Origin: Piromyces finnis finn
Lineage: Eukaryota > Fungi > Neocallimastigomycota
Assembly: GCA_002104945.1 (NCBI GenBank)
Contig: MCFH01000025.1
Location: forward strand, 434,001 to 498,000
DNA: 64,000 nucleotides
Reading direction: 5' to 3'
Positions 1 through 9,799 of the stretch are shown one piece after another. Under the pieces are notes generated by a model. That model saw only the letters and a program-made list of their open reading frames with translations. It did no database searches and was not told the origin of the DNA. The position numbers and the translations under genes are program-made. Positions within the stretch are counted from its first letter, which is position 1, and each line of letters starts with the position of its first letter.

Positions 1-929
1 CGTCTCAATGCCCCATCCCACTGGATGTTAGATAAACTTACTGGTACTTGGGTATATATTGATGATGGATGAACAATCCTATAAAATATAATGTTAAGCT
101 TTAAAGAGAAATAAATTATTAATATTTACAAATAAATAATAGGCTCCAAAACCAAGTGCTGGTCCACACAAGACTCGTGAATGTTTACCACTTATGGTTT
201 TCATTCGTAACAGATTAAAGTATGCTTTAACTAAGAAGGAAGTTGTCAGCATCCTCATGCAACGTCTTGTTAAGGTCGATGGTAAGGTCAGAACTGATGC
301 TACCTACCCAGCCGGTTTCATGGGTAAGAATTAATAAATCATTATAATTATTAAGAAAGTATAGAAATTACGAAATAAAATAAACTAATATAAAAACCAT
401 TAATTTTATAGATGTCATCACTATCGAAAAGACTGGTGAAAACTTCCGTCTTCTTTTCGATACCAAGGGTCGTTTCACTATCCACAGAATTACCGCTGAA
501 GAAGCTAAGTACAAGCTCTGCAAGGTCAAGAAGGTTCAACTCGGTGCTAAGGGTGTTCCATACATGGTTACCCACGATGGTCGTACCATCCGTTACCCAG
601 ATCCTTTAATCAAGGTTAACGATACTGTCAAGCTCGATCTTGAAACCGGTAAGGCTGCTGAATTCATTAAGTTCGAAGCTGGTAACCTTTGCTGTATCAC
701 TGGTGGACACAACGTCGGTCGTGTTGGTGTTATCACTCACCGTGAACGTCACCAAGGTGGTTTCGATATCATCCACGTTAAGGATTCCCTTGAACGTACT
801 TTCGCCACCCGTTCCTCCAACGTTTTCGTTATCGGTAACGGTAACCAAACCTGGATTTCTCTTCCAAAGGGTAAGGGTGTCAAGTTAACCATTACTGAAG
901 AAAGAGACCGCAGAAGACAACAAGCCTAA
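1..929 (+). CDS. RPS4: 40S ribosomal protein S4 (5'-partial; exons <1-51, 143-323, 412-929)
   Basis: Spliced translation reads [34 protein letters not shown]...[28 protein letters not shown]...[12 protein letters not shown]...[21 protein letters not shown]; both introns GT-AG. Confidence 0.98.
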
Positions 930-1462
930 ATGTAAAAATTAATTTTTAAATAAAATTTTACAAAATAAATGATGGTTTTATAAAAAAATTATCGGTCAAT
1001 ACTTTTTTTGTTGAATTGAAATTAATTATTTATATAAATTAGAAATAATTCGAAAACAAACAATCTTTATATTATAATAAAGCAATTATAGAATCAATTT
1101 TTTTTGAAATCGGAGAAGTTATTTGAATATTTTTTTTGAAGGAGTAAAAATACAATAATGGTCAAAATTAGTAAAAAAAAAGAGGATGTTGAGTTCGAAT
1201 TGTGGAAATTATAAAAATTAGCATATTGAGGATTATCATAAATAATTTATATATATATAATATTTGTAGCGAGGATATAAATAGTATTTTTTAATATAAT
1301 CATAGTTTAAATCGAAGTAAAATTGTATTTTAATTAAAGGATGTTTCTTTGTATTTATTTTAAGAAATAAATGTGTAGTAAAGTATCTTGATAATAATTT
1401 TAAATTTGTAATAAAGGTTTTAAAGTATTTATTGCAGTTAAAAAAAAGTAATTAAAATAGAT

Positions 1463-1477
1463 TTAAAAGTAGTATAA
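1463..1477 (+). repeat. Target-site duplication 1, left copy (TTAAAAGTAGTATAA); right copy 7268-7282
   Basis: Exact 15-nt direct repeat; the right copy follows a 32-nt poly(A) directly. Confidence 0.85.
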
Positions 1478-1487
1478 TAATAAAGTT

Positions 1488-1499
1488 TAAAATATTTGA
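1488..1499 (+). repeat. Target-site duplication 2, left copy (TAAAATATTTGA); right copy 7217-7228
   Basis: Exact 12-nt direct repeat bracketing the full-length LINE; the right copy follows a 35-nt poly(A). The sequence belongs to the element's own 3' terminus. Confidence 0.8.
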
Positions 1500-1747
1500 C
1501 CCTCTTGGGAACGTGCCTTCATTTATTTAATAAATGTAGTTTCTCAAGGGGGTCTACTCATGCTCATGGTACTGAGAGAGTAGAAAGAATTAAATCCAAG
1601 TATTGCGCAATGGATGCTTGGTGCCCTCTTAGGAATGTGCCTTCATTTATTTAATAAATGTAATTTCTCAAGGGGGTCTACTCATGCTCATGGTACTGAG
1701 AGAGTAGAAAGAATTAAATCCAAGCATTGCGCAATGGATGCTTGGTT
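1500..1747 (+). repeat. Two tandem 124-nt units at the LINE 5' end
   Basis: Units start at 1500 (CCCTCTTGGGAAC) and 1624 (CCCTCTTAGGAAT); four substitutions over the aligned length. A third copy of GCTCATGGTACTGAG lies at 1777-1791. Confidence 0.95.
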
Positions 1748-2391
1748 AGTCTTCAAGGGAAAATTATTAGGACTAAGCTCATGGTACTGAGCGATTAAAA
1801 AACATTTTATTCATCAAATTTAAGTATTTGATGAATAAGTGAATGTTTGATTTTTCAGGTAAGTTTGTATAGTATTTAATTAGAAGAGTAATACATTTTG
1901 TTGCTGTATTTTTTCTTTTATTCATGTATTCATGTAGTACTACTCTTCTCTTGTAAGAATCCAATGTAGTCAACTTTAGCATTTGCATTGTACTTTTATA
2001 TTCATGTAGCTATTGTTGTATTGTTTCTTGTAAGAGACTGATTCACTCTACATCATGTAAAAATACTATTCACAAGCTTTCTGGTGTCGACATTCTTGAT
2101 TCAAATTTTTTACCAATTTAAATATTTAATGAAAAGTAAAGTCAAACAAGTTTAGTGTCAAAAAGCGAATCGAATTTACTAACAACAAACCAAAACTAGA
2201 ATTTTTAAAGAAAATTTACAACTAGAATTCAAAAAAAAAGAAACTTTAAACAAAGCATCGTAACAATTTTTGTACTATCCAGTACTTTTAAGAAGAGAGA
2301 GAGAGACAGATTTTTTTCCATATACGTTATATTTGTAATTTTTATTAGTATTTATTTTATATTCAATATTTTTTAATTAGAATTAATTATC

Positions 2392-5300
2392 ATGTCAGTC
2401 CTTTATATTAAAGATAAGAATTATATCAGACGTGGTACCCGGTCTTATGGTATCCCCTTAGATGATATTCGCTCCTTCTTTATCCGTGGTATTCGATCAT
2501 GGTCAGTAAATATGCTATGGGAAAAACTCGAGGTTATTCTAGAAGATAAATTTAATTCAGTTATTAGTGTTAAATATTTTCAAACTTTCAATGATCACTT
2601 TTTCTTAGTCAAGGTTCATGGTTCATCAAAAGATTGTATTAAAATCTTACACATGTTAAAGAAGAAACTTTCAGTTACCTCAATTTCCTTTTCAGCTCGT
2701 AGTAGAAGGAATCACAAATACACTTTTTCCACTCTCAAACGTAAAATTTTAGTTTCTAATAAATATCAACATTCTATTCAACAATCATTTCAACAATCAG
2801 TTCAACAATCAGTTCAACAATCTCATCAACAATCCGATCTTCAACAAGATCTTCAACAGGATCTTCAACAAGTTTCCCATCATGAAAATATTCCAGATCT
2901 ACAGCAAACACAATTTCAATCTCAACATTCAACAATTAATTCTAATAGTTCTATCAACTCTGATAACAGTTCAATAGTTGATAGTTCTTCAGTTTCACAG
3001 CCATCTAGTAATAGTTCTACTTATTCCTCTGATGCATCATCCATTAATAACGATGACTTTAATAATAATAATAATAGCAACGATTCTTCCTCATACAACA
3101 AGCCTGATAACTTTTCTTTTTGTCTTAGTTGGAACACCAATGGGTGGAATCATGAAAAGAGAGATAGTATTAGCTATTTCACAGCTATTTTCAAACCATT
3201 ATTCTTATGTTTCCAAGAAACTGGTAATGGTTCTAGATTGAATACAGATTATCCTTGTCGTGTTACTTTGCGAAACTATAGACACTTTTTCAAGAAAGCT
3301 GACGAATCAGTTCCGGGAATGAGAGGTTTATATTTAGGTTTTCACAATTCGTGTCAAGCCTCACTTGAAAACTTCTCTGGAAAGTATATTATTTCTATTT
3401 ATACTTTTAGTCTCTGGAATAGATTCAAATGCTCGATTGGAAATGTTTATATGCCTCATAGTCATCACAACATCTATGTTGATCATGCAAAGTTAGAAGT
3501 TCGCTTGTGGTTACAAACTCATTCATCCCATCCATCGATTCTTGTTGGTGATTTTAATATGTCTAAAGTAAAATTATCCAACTGGTTATCAACTAATGGA
3601 TTAGGAGATTGGGAAATTCTTCCGCTTAGAGGGTCTACTATCTCTTGGACTCGAGGTGATCAATCTTCCGACATTGACCATGCTCTTATCAATTCGAAGA
3701 TGAAAGATCTTATTCACTCAGGATCATTTATAAATAATTTTTATCCTGTATCAGACCATAAGCCACTTCTTATTAATGGTAAAATTATTCCTATGGATGA
3801 TTTTTCTAATGACTTTAATGTTCCTAAGAAAATTCTGAAATGGAATAGATTAAAATGTATTGAGGAAAAGGAATCTATTCTCAGTCATAATAAATTCCAA
3901 ATACTTTCAGCAAAATCCAGCGATCCTAATGTTTCTACAGATGAACTTTCCAAAGAGTTTACTTCAACTGCTTTTTCAATTGCAGACGAGCTCAGTATTA
4001 CTTCAGCAAATAATGTTATAAAGTCTTCATTTCATATTTCACAACAAATTTTTAATCTTCAAAAAATCAAAATGAAGTTGTATAAGAGATTTAAAAAAGA
4101 AAGAATTTATGATATAGATGAATTTATTAAAAGAATTAAAATCTACCGTAAACTCATTGATTACATCCACAAAAGATGTAATGAATTTAGGAAGCAAGAA
4201 TATCTTCATTGGATTAAAACAGGATGTGAGTATATGAAGAGTCATAATCCTAAGAAGGCCTGGAAATGGATCAAGAAAACTGCAAAAATTGGAAAAGATT
4301 CCTTCTTTATTGCTCAACCAATTAAAAATAAAAATGGAGAATTAGTTGTTGCTACGGAAGAACAACTAGATGTGTGGCATGATCATTTCGAAAAGCTTGC
4401 ATCAGATCCAAGTGGTGTAAGTCTTGATTTGGAGCATTGGTATGAAGAACCAACGAATAAACGTTTTTCACTTCCTATGCTTGATGAGTGGGATATCAAC
4501 CAAGATATTAGTATTGATGAAGTCAAGTCAGCTATCCTCACTACTCCAAATTATAAAGCATCAGGTCCGGATGGTATTCCAATTGAATTTTACAAAGCAT
4601 TAGTTCCATCAAGTAATGATTCTAATAATGCTACAGATAATAATTCTTCTGGTAATACTACTTCAGATAATGATGCTCATGGTTTAAATTTTATTCTTAA
4701 ATTATTCAACCGTATTTGGGATGGAGATTTCCCCAACTCATGGAATGAATCCAGTATTGTTTCTATTCCTAAGAAGGGAGATTTGACAGATTGTGATAAC
4801 TATCGAGGTATATCACTTATCAATAATGGTATTAAGTTGATTTCCAAAATTGTCACCACTAGAATCTCAGAATATGGTTTAAAGAATAATTTCATTAGAC
4901 CTGAACAATTTGGTTTTCGAAAAAAGGAAGAAAGTATTAGTCTTTTCATTTCAATCCAAGAAATATGCCGTAGACGTCAATTAGATAATAAAGAGACATA
5001 TTTGGCCTTTTTAGATCTCAGGAAAGCATACGATTCAGTCCCAATCGGTAATATTCTCCATAAATTAGATTGTTTAGGAATCCGAGGTAAGAGTCTACAA
5101 TTTATCAAAAATTTATATTTAACATCTAAGGCTAATGTCAAATTAGATGGACAATTCTCGAAATCTTTTGATGTGAAGAAAGGAGTCCGTCAAGGTTGCC
5201 CACTTTCGCCTATTCTTTTTAATCTCTTTATTAATGATATATTTAAAGAGTGTGAAGATCTCGGAGTCAGTTTAGGTGACACTCGATGCTGTGGTGGACT

Positions 5301-6942
5301 TTTTGCAGATGATATAGTTATTTGTGCTCCAACAAGAGGATGCTTAAAAAAGATGCTTAGAAGAGTTAATGAATGGGCCTTGTATAATGAAATGGAATTT
5401 GGTATCCAGAAATGTTCAACGATGGTGATTCGTCCTGAATCAATAGAAAATCAGAACAAGAGAGATCCAACATTTTACTTAGCAGGACAACCCATTCCAA
5501 CTACTGACTGCTACACTTATCTTGGTGTTCCATTTGATAAGAATCTGTCCCTTAAACCAGTAATTAAAGCTCTTAATAACAAGGTTTTGAAAGGGCTTTT
5601 CTCAGTCAGTAAATTCTTAAGAAATCCTAATATTCCTATTCCTTTCAAAAAACTAGTACTTAACTCTCAAGTGATTAGCAGAGTTTCATACTTTGCACCA
5701 TTACTTGGATCCAACAAAGCTAGGTCTAGGATTGCTCAGAAGCATGTTAACAAAGGAATACGATGGGTTGCCGGAGTTCATAAAGCTGTATCGTTTATAT
5801 CTTTATACTCTATTTCAAAAGATTTGAATATTCCTCCATTGTCAGCCAAATGTGCGTTAGCTCAGGTTAGATGTTTTAACAAATGGAAAAACTCAAATTG
5901 TATTATCTCACACCTTGTCAATTACATTCCTAAATTTAGAAAATACACGTGGTGCAAATCAAGTAGGACACTTGATAAAAAACTAAAGAAACATGGAGAT
6001 GTTAAAGCAGTTAAAAACTTTTATTGGAAAGATCTCAAAGGGAATTCAATCAAAGCGCAATATTATGATGATAATAAATTTATTGAAACTAAAGATTTTA
6101 TTAAATTATGTTATGAATACCCAGAGTTTGCCTATGGCTTCTACTGGCTATTGAAAGCAAGAAGCGGATACAAGTTGGATGCTAGAGTTGCCAAAGCTGC
6201 TAAATTTGTTGATCCAATTTGTCCTAACTACTGTCCATGTTGCAAGTGTGGTGTTCAAAGTATTAAACATTGGTTATTAGATTGTCCAACATTTAGAGAT
6301 ATCCGTATTAAACATTATGATTCCATAGTCCAGCTATTAAATTTTTTCAGTCAACGTAATTCCAATAGTCCTATCAATAATAATGAAATTGATAATGTCA
6401 GTAGAGATAGCAATAACAGTAATAGTAATAGTAACAATAATAATAATAACAATAGTAATAATAACAATAGTAGTAATAGTAATAATAGAAATAGTAATAA
6501 TAACAATAGTAGTAATAGAAATAATAATATTAATAATGATAGCAATAGTGAAGATAATAATTCTAATTTAGATAGTAATTTAGTTAATGATAGTAATAGT
6601 TCTAATAATCCGGTGAATATTAATGTGTATGATTATTCTAGTGTGTGCAGTAAAATATTTAAATTCCTTCTTGGGGGAAGAAGTTTTAACAATATTAATT
6701 ACAATTCAAGGGAATGGAAAGAACTTTGTAAGCGTCAGATTCAATCTGGTACTAATGAAGGAGCACCATTCTTGACGGTAACCGCGGAACTTCTAACCAA
6801 AATCATGCCTTTTGCTATTGGCCAGCAATGGTCAATGTTCAAAAGGTTTGAAGCAACATCCAAGAGCGTCAATGCTGAAGAAACAGTAAGACAGGCCAGG
6901 AGGGCCAGCGCAACCAATGGAGATCATAATTTTGTCCCATGA
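2392..6942 (+). CDS. LINE polyprotein: AP-like endonuclease + reverse transcriptase + C-terminal CCHC zinc knuckle
   Basis: APE motifs SWNTNG, CFQET, VGDFN, IDH, SDHKP. RT motifs ASGPDGIP, YRGISL, QFGFR, FLDLRKAYDSV, GVRQGCPLSPILFNLFI, LFADD, YLG. Knuckle CPCCKCGVQSIKHWLLDCP. No stops or frameshifts. Confidence 0.97.
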   Translation: MSVLYIKDKNYIRRGTRSYGIPLDDIRSFFIRGIRSWSVNMLWEKLEVILEDKFNSVISVKYFQTFNDHFFLVKVHGSSKDCIKILHMLKKKLSVTSISFSARSRRNHKYTFSTLKRKILVSNKYQHSIQQSFQQSVQQSVQQSHQQSDLQQDLQQDLQQVSHHENIPDLQQTQFQSQHSTINSNSSINSDNSSIVDSSSVSQPSSNSSTYSSDASSINNDDFNNNNNSNDSSSYNKPDNFSFCLSWNTNGWNHEKRDSISYFTAIFKPLFLCFQETGNGSRLNTDYPCRVTLRNYRHFFKKADESVPGMRGLYLGFHNSCQASLENFSGKYIISIYTFSLWNRFKCSIGNVYMPHSHHNIYVDHAKLEVRLWLQTHSSHPSILVGDFNMSKVKLSNWLSTNGLGDWEILPLRGSTISWTRGDQSSDIDHALINSKMKDLIHSGSFINNFYPVSDHKPLLINGKIIPMDDFSNDFNVPKKILKWNRLKCIEEKESILSHNKFQILSAKSSDPNVSTDELSKEFTSTAFSIADELSITSANNVIKSSFHISQQIFNLQKIKMKLYKRFKKERIYDIDEFIKRIKIYRKLIDYIHKRCNEFRKQEYLHWIKTGCEYMKSHNPKKAWKWIKKTAKIGKDSFFIAQPIKNKNGELVVATEEQLDVWHDHFEKLASDPSGVSLDLEHWYEEPTNKRFSLPMLDEWDINQDISIDEVKSAILTTPNYKASGPDGIPIEFYKALVPSSNDSNNATDNNSSGNTTSDNDAHGLNFILKLFNRIWDGDFPNSWNESSIVSIPKKGDLTDCDNYRGISLINNGIKLISKIVTTRISEYGLKNNFIRPEQFGFRKKEESISLFISIQEICRRRQLDNKETYLAFLDLRKAYDSVPIGNILHKLDCLGIRGKSLQFIKNLYLTSKANVKLDGQFSKSFDVKKGVRQGCPLSPILFNLFINDIFKECEDLGVSLGDTRCCGGLFADDIVICAPTRGCLKKMLRRVNEWALYNEMEFGIQKCSTMVIRPESIENQNKRDPTFYLAGQPIPTTDCYTYLGVPFDKNLSLKPVIKALNNKVLKGLFSVSKFLRNPNIPIPFKKLVLNSQVISRVSYFAPLLGSNKARSRIAQKHVNKGIRWVAGVHKAVSFISLYSISKDLNIPPLSAKCALAQVRCFNKWKNSNCIISHLVNYIPKFRKYTWCKSSRTLDKKLKKHGDVKAVKNFYWKDLKGNSIKAQYYDDNKFIETKDFIKLCYEYPEFAYGFYWLLKARSGYKLDARVAKAAKFVDPICPNYCPCCKCGVQSIKHWLLDCPTFRDIRIKHYDSIVQLLNFFSQRNSNSPINNNEIDNVSRDSNNSNSNSNNNNNNNSNNNNSSNSNNRNSNNNNSSNRNNNINNDSNSEDNNSNLDSNLVNDSNSSNNPVNINVYDYSSVCSKIFKFLLGGRSFNNINYNSREWKELCKRQIQSGTNEGAPFLTVTAELLTKIMPFAIGQQWSMFKRFEATSKSVNAEETVRQARRASATNGDHNFVP

Positions 6943-7178
6943 TAAAATTTTGATCTTTGGCTCGGTGTCCCATTGGAAGTCAAATACAATTATTATACTT
7001 TAGTATGATAGTGGCTTTCTTACTTTAATTAAAATTACTAGAATACATTATACCCAGTTTTTATTCATTTGTGTTTATTTAAACATATTTTTTTTATTTT
7101 TATTTTTATTTTTAATTTTTTATTACATGTATTATAATTTTAATTAAATTAATAATAAAGTTTAAAATATTTGATGCC

Positions 7179-7218
<40 letters not shown>

Positions 7219-7228
7219 AAATATTTGA

Positions 7229-7232
7229 TGCC

Positions 7233-7267
<35 letters not shown>
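7229..7267 (+). mobile_element. Right half of an ultra-short 5'-truncated copy of the same LINE (TGCCGTT-A32); left half at 1478-1499
   Basis: Joining 1478-1499 to 7229-7267 restores TAATAAAGTTTAAAATATTTGATGCCGTT(A)n, identical to the element's last 29 nt, enclosed by TSD1. Confidence 0.75.
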
Positions 7268-7269
<2 letters not shown>

Positions 7270-7375
7270 AAAAGTAGTATAACTAAAGTTTAGTGTTGTT
7301 ATTTATCTTTATCGGGAAATAATATTTTAATATTTTAGGCATTAAGTCAAGGAAAATGATTAATTTAATAGTATT

Positions 7376-8105
7376 AGGATTGCTCAGAAGCATGTTACCA
7401 AAGTTATATGATGGGTTGCTGGAGTTCATAAAGCTGTATTTCTTTCAAAAAGCTAGTACTTTTTTTTTTTTAAGATAGATAATAATTCTAATTTAGATAG
7501 TAATTTAGTTAATGATAGTAATAGTTCTAATAATCCGGTGAATATTAATGTATATGATTATTCTAGTGTGCAGTAAAATGTTTAAATTCCTTCTTGGGGA
7601 AGAAGTTTTAGCAATATTAATTACAATTCAAGGGAATGGAAAGAACTTTGCAAGTGTCAGATTCAATCTGGCACTAACAAAGGAATACCATTCTTGACGG
7701 TAACAGCGGAACTTCTAACCAAAATCATGCCTTTTGCTATTAGCCAGCAATGGTCAATGTTCAAAAGGTTTGAATCAAGCAACATCCAAGAGCGTCAATG
7801 CTGAAGAAACAGTAAGACAGGCCAGGAGGACCAGCGCAACCAATGGAGATCATAATTTTGTTCCATGACAAAATTTTGATCTTTGGCTCGGTGTCCCATT
7901 GGAAGTCAAATACAATTATTATACTTTAGTATGATAGTGGCTTTCTTACTTTAATTAAAATTACTAGAATACATTATACCCAATTTTTATTCATTTGTGT
8001 TTATTTAAACATATTTTTTTTATTATTATTTTTATTTTTTAATTTTTTATTACATGTATTATAATTTTAATTAAATTAATAATAAAGTTTATAATATTTG
8101 ATGCC

Positions 8106-8139
<34 letters not shown>

Positions 8140-8420
8140 AGCGCAACCAATGGAGATCATAATTTTGTTCCATGATAAAATTTTGATCTTTGGCTCGGTG
8201 TCCCATTGGAAGTCAAATACAATTATTATAATAGTGACTTTCTTACTTTAATTAAAATTACTAGAGTACATTATACCCAATTTTTATTCATTTGTGTTTA
8301 TTTAAACATATTTATTTTTATTTTTATTTTTATTTTTAATTTTTTTATTAACATGTACTATAATTTTAATAAAATTAATAATAAAATTTAAAATATTTGA
8401 TGCCGTTAAAAAAAAAAAAA
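7376..8420 (+). mobile_element. Composite 5'-truncated LINE insertion (two ORF fragments + two poly(A)-tailed 3' ends)
   Basis: 7376-7440 matches about 5728-5790; 7441-7460 about 5641-5661; 7477-8137 about 6552-end + A29; 8138-8420 about 6905-end + A13. Whole block flanked by TTAATAGTATT (7365-7375 and 8421-8431). Confidence 0.88.
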
Positions 8421-8539
8421 TTAATAGTATTTTTCAATGTCTTTTTTGACATTATTATTTTCCTTATTCTTATGGACTTTGTTATTTAATGGTGTGTCAA
8501 TAACTTTTACAATAAATGTTTAAATAACAATGATTTTGT

Positions 8540-9060
8540 TTATGAGCGAAAACCTGTATGCTCTTACATGAGATTTGAGGATTCCTACACTTTTCAGGTA
8601 TTTATGCTGCGCAGCAAGTGAAATGCTTTGTTAAATGGGGAATATCAAATTGTATTATAAAAAATCTTGTCCGACTTAATCCTTCCCATGTTACATTATT
8701 TTTGAGCCAAAGAATCTTGTTCACTACCTAAGAAATTTATGAAAATAAATATTAAAAGTACTATTATAGGAATAATAGTAGCCTAAATAATGGAAGTAAA
8801 ACCTTCAGATATATTAACAAACAACAAATTCCTTAATTCAAATTGCCTACTGCATATCGATCTCAACAAATCTCGCTTAAATTTAGGAATTACTTGGATA
8901 AATTTGTAGTCAATGCAGTTATGAAAATACTACCAGAATTGCAATTGATAGTAATAGAATTACTTCTGACTGTCCATGTTGCAGATATAATGAACTATCT
9001 TTTTTTTTTTTTTTACTATTGGATCTCTCTGGATGCAAAACTTTTTCATTTAGCTTTCTT
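8540..9060 (+). pseudogene. Decayed relic of an older, diverged LINE subfamily (post-RT region and CCHC knuckle)
   Basis: With a stop and a frameshift it reads LYALT*DLRIPTL/SGIYAAQQVKCFVKWGISNCIIKNLV versus LYSISKDLNIPPLSAKCALAQVRCFNKWKNSNCIISHLV in the intact ORF; DCPCCR near 8965-8985 matches YCPCCK. True boundaries probably extend further. Confidence 0.75.
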
Positions 9061-9799
9061 GAAGATATTTTTACCCTTTTTTTTTTGTAATAAATATAAA
9101 AAATCAAATCATTGCTTACTTTGTGGCTTTTCTTACTAAAACAATCCCTAATCATTAGTAAGCTCGATGAAGCTACTTTTTAATAAGTTTAGTAAGACAT
9201 CTAACGTAATCAAGAGTACCGACGTCATACCGACATACCAAAGGAACATTACAAATATTCTGTACTCAGAGTTCAATGTTAGTATTTTTTCGAATGAAAA
9301 CATTATGAACTCATGGGAGAGTTTAGTGACATCACACTGTCCTAGCCTACCTAATGTTACTTTTCTTTTTTATTTCATTTAATTTATTCGATAGGGACCG
9401 ATCCCATACAATACAAATTGTAGAGTTCATTGAACTTTTATGCAACTTATATAATTAGTTTATTTTATTTTATATTTTGTTATTTTTATCTATTATTTAT
9501 TATATCAATATATATTATTACCTAATATAATGTAATATCATGAATAAATAAATAAATATAAGAAGAAGTGTATTTTCTTTCTAGTCTAAAAAAAAAAAAA
9601 ATAAACATATGTTTTAGGATTTGCGGAATTCAATACTAATGCTATGCCGATTATAATTTTATACAATGCTAGATTTGTATAATTAACTTAGACAGAACAT
9701 TAGATCAGCTGTTAATATTGTTGAGAGCGTTTCGAAAGGATATGACAAAAAAGAAATTTTGATAATCGAATGAAATAAATAAAAGAATAAATATATATA

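Larger units (their letters stand above)
1500..7216 (+). mobile_element. Full-length, apparently intact non-LTR retrotransposon (LINE, APE-type; clade not determined)
   Basis: 5' UTR 1500-2391, one 1516-aa ORF, 3' UTR with AATAAA (7154-7159), end motif ATATTTGATGCCGTT, A35 tail, flanked by a 12-nt TSD. Confidence 0.93.

Noticed and set aside
351-888. Overlapping alternative-frame and antisense ORFs over RPS4
   Set aside because: Shadows of the strongly codon-biased RPS4 exon.
1185-1205. tRNA B-box-like GAGTTCGAAT
   Set aside because: No cloverleaf or A-box; no tRNA, rRNA or CRISPR feature is supported anywhere in the window.
1623-1720. HDV-like ribozyme in the 124-nt unit (GCCCTCT/AGGGGGT could form a 7-bp P1 with a G-U wobble, followed by a P4-like hairpin)
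   Set aside because: No P3/L3 with YCC, no GG for P1.1, and no catalytic C in the J4/2 position (it reads AAAGAA). Hammerhead CUGANGA and twister cores are also absent on both strands.
1695-1742. Resemblance to U6 snRNA (TGCGCAATGGATG versus TGCGCAAGGATG)
   Set aside because: Match too short; the ACAGAGA box and the rest of U6 do not align.
1779-1988. 69-aa antisense ORF in the LINE 5' UTR (ORF0-like)
   Set aside because: No motif or codon evidence; such ORFs arise by chance in AT-rich DNA.
7395-7660. CpG-to-TpG changes in truncated LINE pieces, suggesting methylation or RIP-like decay
   Set aside because: Only about three sites among many other substitutions; not enough to show bias.
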